A DNA stretch of 64,000 bases from an uncultured Methanosarcinaceae archaeon. GTDB lineage: Archaea > Halobacteriota > Methanosarcinia > Methanosarcinales > Methanosarcinaceae. The translations under genes were made by a program, and so were the position numbers. Of this stretch, positions 30,488 to 41,456 are shown piece after piece; within the stretch, counting starts at the first letter, position 1, and each line of letters starts with the position of its first letter. Under the pieces are notes generated by a model that had not been told where the DNA came from, did not search any database, and worked only from the letters and a program-made list of their open reading frames with translations. Location of the stretch: assembly GCA_963847185.1 (NCBI GenBank), contig CAWJYV010000008.1, positions 576,001 to 640,000 of the forward strand. Reading direction: 5' to 3'.

Positions 30488-31981
30488 ATGGACCTTTACC
30501 AGAAGAAGCTTGCCGTGCTCGACCTGACCCACGGCGGCATTCCCATCGCAAAAAAACTTGCAGCTCTTGGAAGCAAAGTGTATGCTATAGACGTCTACGG
30601 GACCGTAGACCCAGGAGTGCTGCTGGAGCTTGAGGAAAAGTATGGGATATACTCCTCAAAAACTCCTTTTCCTGCTTCTGAATTTGATCTTCTTATAGCT
30701 CCCGTACACCTGGACCCTGCATACTCAATGTTAGCGGAAGCCAGAGCAGAAGAAAAAAAAATCATTTCTCATCATCAAATCGTCGGGGAAATTCTGAAAA
30801 AAGATTCAAGATTTTCAGGAATGAAAACTATCGAGGTTACAGGCGTAAAAGCAAAAACGAGCACTGCATCTCTTCTTGCGGATATGCTCTCTAGAAAGTT
30901 TGAAGTAATGCTGCACACCTCAAGGGGGCTTGAAACCTGGAAAGGAGGTGCTTCTTTCCAGATCAGCAAGGGTTTAAGCATAACTCCTGGAAGTATCCTG
31001 GTTGCAGTTGAGAAGGTTGTTGAAGCCGGGCTCAGGCCGGATTATTTTATTTTTGAAATTTCTATCGGCGGCACCGGAAATGCAGATTTCGGGATTCTTA
31101 CGACTCTTTCCCCGGATTATGGGATTGCAAATAATACTTTCCTTGCAAGCGAGGCAAAACTCCAGCTTGTCAAAAAAGCAAAACCTGGCAGTATTCTTCT
31201 CATAAATTCCAGCGCTAAAAAAGCCCTTGAAGCTGCAAAAACGAGCCAGGCAAAAGTCCTGACTTTCAAAGATCCCTTTAATTCAGGGCTTTTAGAAACT
31301 GGAGAAGAAGCGGACTTCTCACTGAAAACAGGGCAAGAAAAAGATTCAGTATTATTATCCTCAGAATTATCAGTTTCATCACTACCAGCAAAGTTATCAG
31401 AATTACCGATTTCTCCGGCATCTTCAGAATCCATTCTGCGCTTTATACACAGAGGAGATGAAGTATTCTCAGCTTCCCTCCTTTCAGGATATAACACTTC
31501 AGCTTACAGGACTGCTTTTGTGGCAGCATCGGCAGCTGCTCTTGAACTTGGGGTTGAGCGTGAAGATGTTATTGCGGTTCTTGAAGAATTCAGAGGTCTT
31601 TCAGGCAGGATGCAGGAAAGGGAGGTAAACGGGATTTTCCTCATAGATAATTCCAATTCTGGTATGGATATTCTCTCCGCCGAAAAAGCCCTTGAGTATG
31701 CCCTCCTGAAGAAAAAAGACGAAAAAAAAGGAGGTATTATTCTTGTCCTCGGAGAAGAAGCCTCTCAGGTCTGTGAGGGACTTCCCCCTGCCTCAGTGCA
31801 AAATTTCGTGGAAAAATTCGGCGCAAAATGCAGGCAGATTTTCCTGGTAGGGGAGCGAATGAGGGCGATTGGTGCCAAAAATGCTTCTTATGCAGGCAGC
31901 CTTCCGGAAGGGCTCTCAAAAGCATGTGAGCTTGCAGGTACAGACGACATAATACTTTCCTCAGTAAAGTGCTTCCGTTAA
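30488..31981 (+). CDS. cfbE: coenzyme F430 synthase (Mur ligase-like)
   Basis: [36 protein letters not shown]. Confidence 0.9.
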   Translation: MDLYQKKLAVLDLTHGGIPIAKKLAALGSKVYAIDVYGTVDPGVLLELEEKYGIYSSKTPFPASEFDLLIAPVHLDPAYSMLAEARAEEKKIISHHQIVGEILKKDSRFSGMKTIEVTGVKAKTSTASLLADMLSRKFEVMLHTSRGLETWKGGASFQISKGLSITPGSILVAVEKVVEAGLRPDYFIFEISIGGTGNADFGILTTLSPDYGIANNTFLASEAKLQLVKKAKPGSILLINSSAKKALEAAKTSQAKVLTFKDPFNSGLLETGEEADFSLKTGQEKDSVLLSSELSVSSLPAKLSELPISPASSESILRFIHRGDEVFSASLLSGYNTSAYRTAFVAASAAALELGVEREDVIAVLEEFRGLSGRMQEREVNGIFLIDNSNSGMDILSAEKALEYALLKKKDEKKGGIILVLGEEASQVCEGLPPASVQNFVEKFGAKCRQIFLVGERMRAIGAKNASYAGSLPEGLSKACELAGTDDIILSSVKCFR

Positions 31982-32279
31982 ATACTCCTGTAAATCAAGT
32001 ATCTCAAGAACTTAAAAAAGAAAAAAGCGTCAGAATATGACTTTATATCAGACCGCAAGCATTTTACCGGAATCATTATGATACAATTTTATACAGCCTC
32101 TTCCAATCTGTATCCGTTTCCATTCCTTATTTATATTTCAACTGAACATCATTCCTGACCCAACTTGGGGCACAGGCGGCATTCCGGCCTGCGGGAGGCA
32201 GAAACGTTCTTAAGAAAACGTGTATCATTATCTTATCTGACTCTTAATCGTATCCCTTATCAAAATTAGAGGATTTATC

Positions 32280-33392
32280 ATGACTGGAAAAGAGATTTCA
32301 ATCATTCACCCCCGTCCAAGTTCCATTGTTGCGGCTCTTTATACTCTCAGAGACTTAAATGTCGATGTAGCTATCCTTCATGGGCCCCCAGGCTGTTCTT
32401 TCAAACATGCAAGGCTGCTCGAAGAAGACGGAATACATGTTGTTACCACAGGCCTTGACGAGAATGGTTTCGTATTCGGAGGGCACGACAAGCTTGTACA
32501 GCTGATAAATAAATCTGTTGAGCTCTTCAATCCCAAAGTTATTGGAGTTGTCGGAACGTGTGCCAGCATGATCATAGGGGAGGAAATGCACGAAGCCGTG
32601 CTTGAAGCAAACCCCGACGTACCTGTCATTGAGGTAGAGGTACACGCAGGCTATCATAACAATACAAAAGGAGTTCTCTTTGCCCTTGAATCCGCACTCG
32701 ACGCAGGAATTATAGACCACAAGGAATTTACGCGCCAGGAATACCTTCTCGCAAAAGCAACTGAAGTTGAAAAGAAGTTCGGGGCAGCAAGTAAGGAATA
32801 TCTGGCTCCCTCCCGCGGAGATGTCAAGTATAAAGTTGCAAAGAGGGTCATTGAACTCCTTAAAGAGGGAAAGAAGGGCCTGGTAATCATGAACGCCAAA
32901 AAGGAAACCGGCTACATGTTTGCAGACATTACCCTTGCGATCAATGAGATTGCAGACACCTTCGGGAAGAAAGAAAACATCATTAATATGGCAAATATTG
33001 ACCCCAACCTTGGACTTCCGAGAGTTAGACAGCATGCCGAATATATCATGAGAGACCTGAAAGCCCATGGGATTGAAATACATGAAATCATCGGAGGCAT
33101 GGACGAGTACCCTGTAGCTGGGGAGAAGGTCAGTGAACTAATAAAGGAAAAATACAGCGATTACGATTTTGCAGTCATTACAGGCGTCCCACATGCTATC
33201 CCCATGGAGATTATAAAGCATATGGAGTTGATTTCGGTTACTAACGGCCCAAGACAGGTTCTCCCCTTAAAGGAAATGGGGCATGAGTATGTTCTTGTTG
33301 AAATTGATCTCCACCCGAAAACCCTGGGAGTCAGCGAAATCGTGGAATCCGAATTTGGAGCCACATTAAGGGAAGTTGCAAAGGAAGCCTGA
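32280..33392 (+). CDS. cfbD: Ni-sirohydrochlorin a,c-diamide reductive cyclase catalytic subunit
   Basis: [32 protein letters not shown]. Confidence 0.93.
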   Translation: MTGKEISIIHPRPSSIVAALYTLRDLNVDVAILHGPPGCSFKHARLLEEDGIHVVTTGLDENGFVFGGHDKLVQLINKSVELFNPKVIGVVGTCASMIIGEEMHEAVLEANPDVPVIEVEVHAGYHNNTKGVLFALESALDAGIIDHKEFTRQEYLLAKATEVEKKFGAASKEYLAPSRGDVKYKVAKRVIELLKEGKKGLVIMNAKKETGYMFADITLAINEIADTFGKKENIINMANIDPNLGLPRVRQHAEYIMRDLKAHGIEIHEIIGGMDEYPVAGEKVSELIKEKYSDYDFAVITGVPHAIPMEIIKHMELISVTNGPRQVLPLKEMGHEYVLVEIDLHPKTLGVSEIVESEFGATLREVAKEA

Positions 33393-33428
33393 ACTGGAAA
33401 AGTCAGGATAGATCAGGAGGAAGACCCT

Positions 33429-34226
33429 TTGAAAAAACAAAAGATTATAGCAATCTACGGGAAAGGCGGTATAGGCAAATCAAGTACGGCTTCAAATGTT
33501 GCAGCCGCCTGTGCAGAATCCGGAAAGAAAGTCATGATCATAGGCTGCGACCCAAAAAGTGACTCGTCCATCACTCTGCTTGGAGGCAGAAGGATTCCAA
33601 CCATTCTTGACCTCCTGCGTGAAGGTGTGGATGTAAAGGAAGAAGATGTGGTTTTTGAAGGGTATGCAGGAGTCAAATGCGTAGAAGCAGGAGGCCCGGA
33701 GCCAGGCATTGGCTGTGCAGGACGCGGAATTATTGTTGCCATCCAGAAATTGAAGGCAATCTCAGGGGACCTCTTAAAAGAGCAGGACCTGATTATTTAC
33801 GACGTTCCCGGAGACATCGTTTGCGGCGGATTTGTAGCTCCTGTAAGAAAAGGCTTTGTAAACGAGGCTTATGTCCTGACCTCAGGGGAATACATGCCCC
33901 TTTATGCGGCAAATAATATCTGCAAGGGCCTTTCCAAGATAGGAATGCCCCTTAGTGGAATAATCTGCAATTCCAGAAACGCCAGCAGAGAAGAAGAAAT
34001 AGTAACAAAGTTTGCTGAAGAGATTGGCAGCCAGCTTATGGCTTTTATTCCAAAAAGACAGATAGTCCAGGATTGCGAAAGAGAGGGCTATTCAGTAATG
34101 GAAAAAGCATCCGATTCTGATATTGCTGAAATCTACCGCAAACTTGGAAAAGCGATCCTTGAAAACGAAAAGAGAGTAACAGCTGATTCCCTGAGCGACG
34201 AGCGGCTGAGAGAGCTGACAAAATAA
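33429..34226 (+). CDS. cfbC: Ni-sirohydrochlorin a,c-diamide reductive cyclase reductase (NifH-like)
   Basis: [36 protein letters not shown]. Confidence 0.93.
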   Translation: MKKQKIIAIYGKGGIGKSSTASNVAAACAESGKKVMIIGCDPKSDSSITLLGGRRIPTILDLLREGVDVKEEDVVFEGYAGVKCVEAGGPEPGIGCAGRGIIVAIQKLKAISGDLLKEQDLIIYDVPGDIVCGGFVAPVRKGFVNEAYVLTSGEYMPLYAANNICKGLSKIGMPLSGIICNSRNASREEEIVTKFAEEIGSQLMAFIPKRQIVQDCEREGYSVMEKASDSDIAEIYRKLGKAILENEKRVTADSLSDERLRELTK

Positions 34227-34449
34227 TCTTAATTAACAAATAATCCTTCAGTGGCATATCTCTCAAGCAAGTAACCTTCAGTGACAAATATCCTTCAGCG
34301 TAAAATAAACTGCAATATAAGCTACAATAATAAATGAATTGCAATAATGAAAAAGTTGCAATAATTTTCATGCAAGATAAATTATCGGGTGCAATAACAT
34401 CCAGGCAAGAGAAATTATCAGGTAAAATAAGTTAAGGGGTATTAAAAGC

Positions 34450-35961
34450 ATGTCCCATATAAAAAAAGCCGGAACAGGGGCAGGGAATATTCCCAGAGTT
34501 CTTATTTCCGCAGACCGCTCTTCCTCAGGCAAGACAACGATTTCCATGGGTCTGATGGCTGTCCTCGTTTCAAGAGGGTATAAGGTACAGCCTTTTAAGG
34601 TCGCACTGGACTACATAGATCCAAGTTATCATACCGAAATCACGGGCAGGTTTTGCCGAAACCTTGACGGTTATCTCATGAATGAGAACGGAATACTGGA
34701 TGTTTATACCCATGCCTGCGAAACAGGCGACCAGGCCGATGTTGCAATCATTGAAGGAGTTCGCGGGCTTTATGAGGGTTTTGAAAGCTTAAGCGACCTC
34801 GGGAGCACAGCCCAGATTGCAAAGATCCTGAAATGCCCGGTAATTTTTGTAATCAATGCCCGGAGTATTACCCGCTCGAGTGCTGCCCTTGTTAATGGCT
34901 ACAAAAACTTCGACCCTGATGTGGAAATTGCAGGTGTTATCCTTAATAATATCGGAGGACGTCGCCATGCTGAAAAAGCAAAAGAGGCGATAGAATATTA
35001 CACCGGCATCCCTGTTATAGGGATTATCCCCAGAGATCCCTCAATGCAAATTTCCATGCGCCACCTCGGACTCATGCCTGCTCTTGAAGGCAGGAGACGA
35101 CTTGGAGACGGAGGTTTTGAAGAGAGACTCAAAGGCATTGAAGAGATAATCAGTAAAGGAATCGATGTAGATAAGTTCCTGAGGATTGCGGACAGCGCGA
35201 AACCCCTGAAAAATCCCGAAAACAGCATTTTTTCTTCAATTGTTGATTTTTCTTCTACGGCAGGTTCCGGAATACGCAAACCTAAGATAGGTGTAGCCCT
35301 GGACGAGGCTTTTAACTTCTACTATCGCGATAACATTGACTTGTTTGAACTTGGAGGTGCAGAAATTGTTTATTTTAGCCCGGTTAAAGATTCCAGACTC
35401 CCTGAGATGGATGGGCTCTATATAGGGGGCGGCTATCCCGAGCTCTTTGCAGCCGAACTTGAAGCTAACGAGTCCATGCGCTCTGATATCAAAAAAGCTT
35501 CCTCTGCAGGCATGCCCATCTATGCCGAGTGCGGAGGGCTCATGTACCTTACGGAAAAAATTAGCACAGGCGTCCCGGGAAAAGGCACATACCACGATGC
35601 TTCAATGCCCGAATCCACGTACTCAATGGTAGGAGCGCTCCCAGGGCATACGATTATGGGACAGACCCGAGTTGTTAGCTATAATATAGGGACCCTTGAA
35701 GAAGACTGCATAATAGGGAAAAAAGGCAGCAGCTTCAAAGGGCATGAGTTTCATCACTCTGAAATCCGGGAAATCCCTGAGGATGCAAAATTTGCAATAA
35801 GCATTTCCAGAGGGACAGGGATAAAAGACGACAAAGATGGGCTTGTTTCAGGAAATACACTTGGCTCTTATGCTCACCTGCATGGGGTTGCATATAGAGA
35901 ACTCGCAGGCTCGCTTGTAGAGGCTGCCAGGAAGTTTCGGGATTTCAGGACTTTTCTGTAA
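34450..35961 (+). CDS. cfbB: Ni-sirohydrochlorin a,c-diamide synthase
   Basis: SSGKTT, DYIDP, EGVRGL, GGGYPE, AECGG, GHEFH; cfb context. Confidence 0.92.
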   Translation: MSHIKKAGTGAGNIPRVLISADRSSSGKTTISMGLMAVLVSRGYKVQPFKVALDYIDPSYHTEITGRFCRNLDGYLMNENGILDVYTHACETGDQADVAIIEGVRGLYEGFESLSDLGSTAQIAKILKCPVIFVINARSITRSSAALVNGYKNFDPDVEIAGVILNNIGGRRHAEKAKEAIEYYTGIPVIGIIPRDPSMQISMRHLGLMPALEGRRRLGDGGFEERLKGIEEIISKGIDVDKFLRIADSAKPLKNPENSIFSSIVDFSSTAGSGIRKPKIGVALDEAFNFYYRDNIDLFELGGAEIVYFSPVKDSRLPEMDGLYIGGGYPELFAAELEANESMRSDIKKASSAGMPIYAECGGLMYLTEKISTGVPGKGTYHDASMPESTYSMVGALPGHTIMGQTRVVSYNIGTLEEDCIIGKKGSSFKGHEFHHSEIREIPEDAKFAISISRGTGIKDDKDGLVSGNTLGSYAHLHGVAYRELAGSLVEAARKFRDFRTFL

Positions 35962-36139
35962 ATTCTGATTTATCAGGGAATGTGCTGGCATGCAATTAGC
36001 TCATTCAAAAGATCACAAGCTGAAGGGCTGAAGCCTTTGAATATAAGAAAAACAATATTATATTAAGTCAGACTATTAAAGGCCATATTGCATCAAGCCA
36101 GACCATTGTAACAGCTTATTTTCATTTTATTTCTTTCAG

Positions 36140-37201
36140 GTGAACTTATTGAAAACACAACTTAAAGGAGACCGGGTCCTTGCCGGGAAAGAAGCATTAG
36201 CCGAACTTTATAATACTGGATATTTCGGACGCCCTAAAGGCAATGGACTTGAACTCTCACTTGTAGAAGCCGCCTTCCTCCTGTCCAGAGGAAAGCTCGA
36301 GATAGAACTTGGTGGTGAACTGCTCGACTTCAGGGGCTTCTTCGAGCAGGCTTCTCTCAGGCAGCAGAATTTTGAGTTGAAGTATATAGTGTATAAAGAT
36401 CTTAAGGAAAGAGGGTATTATGTCCAGCCTTCAGCTGCGGATTTCAGAGTATACCCCAGAGGCAGCCATCCAGGCAAAAGTGCAGCAAGAATTTTTGTTC
36501 ATGTTCAGTCAGAAAGGCAGCTTCTTCCTGTAAAGCTCCTGCAGGAATCGGTTAGTTCGGCAGAGAACGTGCATAAACAGTTTATTCTTGCTGTAGTGGA
36601 CGAAGAAAGTGATCTTACCTTTTACGAGGTTAAAACTGCGGTTCCTGAAGGAGAAATGCCTGAACCTTATCCTGCAGTCAAAACCGATGCAACCCTTCTG
36701 GAAGACAGGGTAATAGTCTGGGACTCTCAGGCTTCCGAAACTCTTTATTCCAGAGGATTTTACGGAAAAATGCTGGACTCCGAAAGGCTACAACTTTCCC
36801 TTGTAGAGTCCCTTTACCTTCTTTCCGAAGGTGTAATAATGATTCAAGACAGGAAAGGAAAGGTTCTATCATTCGAGAAGTTCGTGGAAAAAGCCTCTGA
36901 AATTGAAAGCTCTTTTCTCAGAAAATACAGGATATATAGAAACCTGAGGAATTCCGGGAATGTGGTCAAAACCGGTTTTAAATTCGGGACGCATTTCAGA
37001 GTATACAGAAAAGTAGAGACAATAGAAAGGCTTCCCCACTCTGAATCTCTTATAAATGCCATTCCTGAGGATTTCGAATTCAGGCTTCCTGTCATGTCAG
37101 GGGCTGTCCGACTTGCAAACAGCGTGCGGAAGATAATGCTATTTGCAATCGAGAAAGGGGATGATGTTCAGTACCTGGATATTGGCAGAATGAAAATGTG
37201 A
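36140..37201 (+). CDS. endA: tRNA-intron endonuclease (two-repeat type)
   Basis: Two LSLVE..L repeats, KTGFKFGTHFRVY, RLANSVRK. Confidence 0.92.
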   Translation: MNLLKTQLKGDRVLAGKEALAELYNTGYFGRPKGNGLELSLVEAAFLLSRGKLEIELGGELLDFRGFFEQASLRQQNFELKYIVYKDLKERGYYVQPSAADFRVYPRGSHPGKSAARIFVHVQSERQLLPVKLLQESVSSAENVHKQFILAVVDEESDLTFYEVKTAVPEGEMPEPYPAVKTDATLLEDRVIVWDSQASETLYSRGFYGKMLDSERLQLSLVESLYLLSEGVIMIQDRKGKVLSFEKFVEKASEIESSFLRKYRIYRNLRNSGNVVKTGFKFGTHFRVYRKVETIERLPHSESLINAIPEDFEFRLPVMSGAVRLANSVRKIMLFAIEKGDDVQYLDIGRMKM

Positions 37202-37287
37202 TTAATTTGAGAGTATATTTCCAGCTTCTGATCGTTCCCAAGAAAATATTTCATGAGAATAGGACCTAGGGCTGAAGGTGATGTATA

Positions 37288-37683
37288 GTGTGGGATATTA
37301 TTTCAGTGGATATTTCTGGCAGGCACAGGATTAAAGGAGGTTATTATATGGTCTGTGCGGCTGCAGCCCTTACAGTTTCGGCTAACCATATCGAGAAGGT
37401 AAAGCAGATCAAGATCCTGCCCCTCTGGCTCAAAAGAGCTCCCAGTCTGCTGGATATAGTACAGCTGATTGAGGACACGGCTGACCAACTCTCTTTTGAA
37501 GGCACGATCGTGGCAGAAAAAGGGGATATGTACAATAAACCGAGATGGGTGCCTGAAAGCATGTTTTCCAGGGCTTTCAAATATCAGGAATCGATAGCCG
37601 AGAGAAGGGCAATAGAACTCGTGCATCACATTTCTTTGAGCGCCCGCAACCTACTAATTAACGAACTTGAAATTGAGGCATAA
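37288..37683 (+). CDS. DUF2209-like hypothetical protein
   Basis: VDISGRH...MVCA, EKGD, ESIAERRAIEL.HH. Confidence 0.7.
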   Translation: MWDIISVDISGRHRIKGGYYMVCAAAALTVSANHIEKVKQIKILPLWLKRAPSLLDIVQLIEDTADQLSFEGTIVAEKGDMYNKPRWVPESMFSRAFKYQESIAERRAIELVHHISLSARNLLINELEIEA

Positions 37684-38966
37684 AAATTCCAGCAGAAAAA
37701 AAATCCGGAAATGCGAGCAGAGTAATCCTCGTTAAAAGAACAGCTCCCAATTCAGACTTTGAACATGAGGAATATCTTTTCCAGGAACTCAGGGAGCTTG
37801 CAAGAGCTGCAGGTTACGTTCCAGCAGGGGAACTTGCGCAAACAAGATTTCCTGACTCAAGGTACCAGCTAGGGAGGGGGAAAATAGAGGAACTTGCCGA
37901 ACTTGTCAGAAGCACTGACGCAGAAAAAGTAGTTTTCTATAACAGACTTTCCACAATGCAGCTTTTCAATATATCGGAAATCTGCGGGTGCCATGTTATT
38001 GACAAATTCCAGCTTATTCTTGAGATCTTTGCAAAAAGAGCAACTACCCACCGCTCTAAACTCCAGGTAGAACTGGCAAGGTTAAGATACGAGGTACCCA
38101 GAGCAAGAGCTATTGTTTCTCTCGTGAGAAAGGAGGAAAGGGCAGGGTTCATGGGGCTTGGGGATTATGAAGACGCTTATGAGCAGGATCTGAAGAAAAG
38201 AATTGCGAGAATTGAAAATGAACTTGAGTCTGCAGAAAAGGATGATGAGTCTCTAAGGGCTTTCAGGCACAGGAAAGGTTTTTCATTAATTTCTCTTGCC
38301 GGATATACGAATGCAGGAAAAAGCACTCTCTTCAATGCTATTGTGAATGAAAGCGTAGAGGCAAAGGATATGCTCTTTACAACCCTTGTGCCCACTACCC
38401 GTGCCCTGGATCTGGGGGGAAGAAAAGCTCTTTTGACCGACACCGTGGGGTTTATTGAGAACCTTCCCCACTGGCTTGTTGACGCATTTAAGTCCACACT
38501 TGACGAGATTTTTCTCTCGGATCTGATCCTCCTTGTTGTGGATATAAGTGAAAGACCTGAGATGATCCTGCAGAAATTATCTACGGCACACGATACTCTC
38601 TGGGACCGAATCCAGGGAGTTCCTGTCATTACAGTACTTAACAAAACCGATCTTCTTGACGAATCCGAACTTGATACTGTTATGGAAAAGATAGGTTATA
38701 TGGCTCCTAATCCTGTATTTATCTCAGCGGAAAAAAGGGATGGGATAACGGCGTTAAAAGCAGAAATCATTAAGCATCTGCCTGCCTGGACTTTCTGCTC
38801 CCTTTCCCTTCCGAATTCAGAGAGAGGAATGTCAACTCTTTCCTGGCTTTACGAGGAAGGAATTGTGCACAGGGTCGAGTACGGAGATAGAATTCTAGTA
38901 GATTATGAAGCCAGGGAGGAAATAATTAACAGAGCTCAGGCTTTAATAAGTTCTGAGGAGAACTGA
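37680..38966 (+). CDS. hflX: GTPase HflX
   Basis: GYTNAGKS, FTTL, DTVGF, NKTD; frame open from 37677 encoding the HflX N-domain (EL..LA.AAGY, GRGKIEE); start codon non-canonical or uncertain. Confidence 0.9.
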   Translation: MKIPAEKKSGNASRVILVKRTAPNSDFEHEEYLFQELRELARAAGYVPAGELAQTRFPDSRYQLGRGKIEELAELVRSTDAEKVVFYNRLSTMQLFNISEICGCHVIDKFQLILEIFAKRATTHRSKLQVELARLRYEVPRARAIVSLVRKEERAGFMGLGDYEDAYEQDLKKRIARIENELESAEKDDESLRAFRHRKGFSLISLAGYTNAGKSTLFNAIVNESVEAKDMLFTTLVPTTRALDLGGRKALLTDTVGFIENLPHWLVDAFKSTLDEIFLSDLILLVVDISERPEMILQKLSTAHDTLWDRIQGVPVITVLNKTDLLDESELDTVMEKIGYMAPNPVFISAEKRDGITALKAEIIKHLPAWTFCSLSLPNSERGMSTLSWLYEEGIVHRVEYGDRILVDYEAREEIINRAQALISSEEN

Positions 38967-39145
38967 GGATATCAGAGCAGCCTCAGTTTCTTCTGAAAAG
39001 TTAAAAGCTTTTTTAATTTTATAAAACCTACAAGAATATTAAGAGAACATTATTCTATATCTGTCCTTCAGAAAGTTTTTAGCATGGTTTGAGTATTGTT
39101 CGTATTATTACGAAAGTTATTTATATCGAAAAGTAGTTTGTTTAT

Positions 39146-39238
39146 TTGCGAACGGGAGTCTACTGAAGACATCAGACCCTCCTAATATCCTAAACTATAC
39201 CCCTAAACCAGATTTTTTACTATGCTGCCCGTTCGCAA
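39146..39238 (+). ncRNA. candidate small RNA closed by an 11-bp terminal stem
   Basis: TTGCGAACGGG / CCCGTTCGCAA, TTTATA box about 25 nt upstream, pyrimidine tract downstream. Confidence 0.45.
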
Positions 39239-39487
39239 TTCCTCCTTCTATATTTTGTTCTCTTAATTCATCGTTGGTTTTTGAATCCTTTATTACTCAA
39301 TTTTTTGATCTCAATTTTTTTTTGATCTTTGAATGTATAATCAGTTTGTAATTATACGAATAAGATTTATCATCCTCCCCTTTTTCTGTACAACAAATTT
39401 ATACTAGTATTTATTATTGTACAGTATCTGTCTTTTTTCGTTTCGCTTCAAAATTTATATAAAATTTGGCTTTCATTTGAAACTAAC

Positions 39488-40162
39488 ATGAAATTTGATC
39501 TTCACGTACATTCCGAGCATTCAAAAGATAGCAGGTCAAGCCATGAAGATATCTTGGGGGTTGCCCTTAAAAGAGGATTGGACGGATTTGCTATCTGTGA
39601 TCATGATATAATTGAAGGCGGGCTTTCCTGTGCGGAAAAAGCCCTGGAACTTGGCCTTGAAATAACCGTTATTCCCGGAGTGGAGGTGAGCTCCTCAAAG
39701 GGGCATATTCTGGTTCTGGGAGTCAAAGAGAATATAGAGCCTTTGATAAGCCCGGAAGAAACTATCCGCAGGGCCCGAAAACTTGGAGGTACGGTTATCA
39801 TCCCTCATCCTTTCAAGCGCAGTTCTCATGGAATAGGAAGTTTTGAAGGGCTTGACATAGATGCTGTAGAAGTCTTCAACTCTCGCTGCCTTTTTAACGG
39901 AGCTAACAAGAAAGCCGTAACCGAAGCAAAGAGGCTTGGAATCCCAGCCGTCGCAGGAAGCGATTCCCATATTCCCGAAATGGTAGGGCAGGCATATACT
40001 GAAATTGACGCTTCTGAAAATACTCTGGAAGCTGTGCTCAGGGCAATCAGAGAAGGAAAAGTTGCTCCTGCGGGAAAGAATACTCCTACCCCGATAATCC
40101 TGAAACAGATGGCTGGAAGTGTGAAGCGGAAACTAAAGAAGAAGCTATTCGGAAATTTTTAA
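39488..40162 (+). CDS. PHP domain phosphoesterase
   Basis: DLHVHS, CDHD, PGVE, GH, HP, GSDSH. Confidence 0.9.
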   Translation: MKFDLHVHSEHSKDSRSSHEDILGVALKRGLDGFAICDHDIIEGGLSCAEKALELGLEITVIPGVEVSSSKGHILVLGVKENIEPLISPEETIRRARKLGGTVIIPHPFKRSSHGIGSFEGLDIDAVEVFNSRCLFNGANKKAVTEAKRLGIPAVAGSDSHIPEMVGQAYTEIDASENTLEAVLRAIREGKVAPAGKNTPTPIILKQMAGSVKRKLKKKLFGNF

Positions 40163-40392
40163 TGGGCTCAAAATAAGAAAACATCACTTAATCCTTAAGA
40201 GTCAGAAGTCTCCATAAGGTATTTCTTAAATAATTTGAGCATTTCTCTCTTCTTCATTTATCATGGAAGACTACTCGTTTAAAGAACTTGCTGCGATAAT
40301 GAAGTACAGAATCAACCTGCTGATCTCAGCAAAGAAAAAATATAAGTGCTTAAATGACTAGTGTTTTTTGTATTTTTTGGAGAAAGTAAAAC

Positions 40393-41235
40393 ATGCATAT
40401 GAAGAAACGATTGTTATTTATAGATATTTTAAAAATAATAGGTGTTGGATGCGTATTATTTTGGCACCTTTTTTATGATACAAAAAATCTCATATGGTTT
40501 TTGCCGTTTTATGGAATGATACATCTAGGGGGTATAGGTGTTATTTTATTTTTAATTGCAAGCGGCGCAGCTTTAACTTACAACCAGTACAATTTTAGCT
40601 GTACCAAAAATATTTTAATGTTTTATTATAAACGTCTAATTAGGGTTTATCCGGCTATGTGGCTAGCGATACTGTTCACATTTTTGTTACTACCCTCATT
40701 TTTCGAAAATATAGATTACCGGAAATTATTTGAAGAGATGACAGGATTTTACTATTATTTTAATAAAGACATTCCTACAATCAATTCGTCGTTATGGTTT
40801 ATTGGACTTATCGCCATCTTATATATATTATACCCATTGCTATACTATATAATAAGAAAATACAGGTATAATGGTTTTATCACCATTTTTCTAATTTCAA
40901 TGACAACTCATATCTATTTATATAATAATCCCGAATTTTTTGGCTATACTAGCTTATTTTATTTTGGAGTAATCCCGAATTTGTGGGCATATTGTCTTGG
41001 TATATTTATTATGTCAGTAAATTTATATCCAAAATTTGAATCAAAAAGTTTTGTTATCAAAGAACTCTCTAACTTATCATTTTATATATATCTTTTACAA
41101 TTTGCAATCATACCTTTTTATAAGCTAAGTATACCTTTGTTTATAATAGAACTTCTATTCTCTTCTTATATGTTGATGCTGATAGATAACAAAATAAATG
41201 AGTATCTATTATCATTAAAAATACCTTTCAGTTAA
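40393..41235 (+). CDS. acyltransferase family 3 (OafA-like) membrane protein
   Basis: DILK, H, GVILF..SG, FYYKRL.RVYP, SLWF, SFYIYL; visibly AT-rich. Confidence 0.85.
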   Translation: MHMKKRLLFIDILKIIGVGCVLFWHLFYDTKNLIWFLPFYGMIHLGGIGVILFLIASGAALTYNQYNFSCTKNILMFYYKRLIRVYPAMWLAILFTFLLLPSFFENIDYRKLFEEMTGFYYYFNKDIPTINSSLWFIGLIAILYILYPLLYYIIRKYRYNGFITIFLISMTTHIYLYNNPEFFGYTSLFYFGVIPNLWAYCLGIFIMSVNLYPKFESKSFVIKELSNLSFYIYLLQFAIIPFYKLSIPLFIIELLFSSYMLMLIDNKINEYLLSLKIPFS

Positions 41236-41456
41236 ACTCATTAAAGTTTATTCTACAACAAAACCAACCTCGAATAAGTACCCATATTAAACAACTCATA
41301 TTTTTAATTATGAGTTGATTCAAAACTCAAAATTGCTTTTCTGAGGTCAGCTTGGCAGGAGTCCCCCATACGCAGGACGCTTGGAGTAAGCTTCCAAAAC
41401 GTCCCTTTTGACTCAAATTCAACTTTTTATATGGGGAGTGAAAAACAGAGAATGAT

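Noticed and set aside
32280-34226. Nitrogenase nifD/nifH
   Set aside because: Short NifD-like protein and context with cfbA/B/E identify CfbD/CfbC; no nifK/E/N in the window
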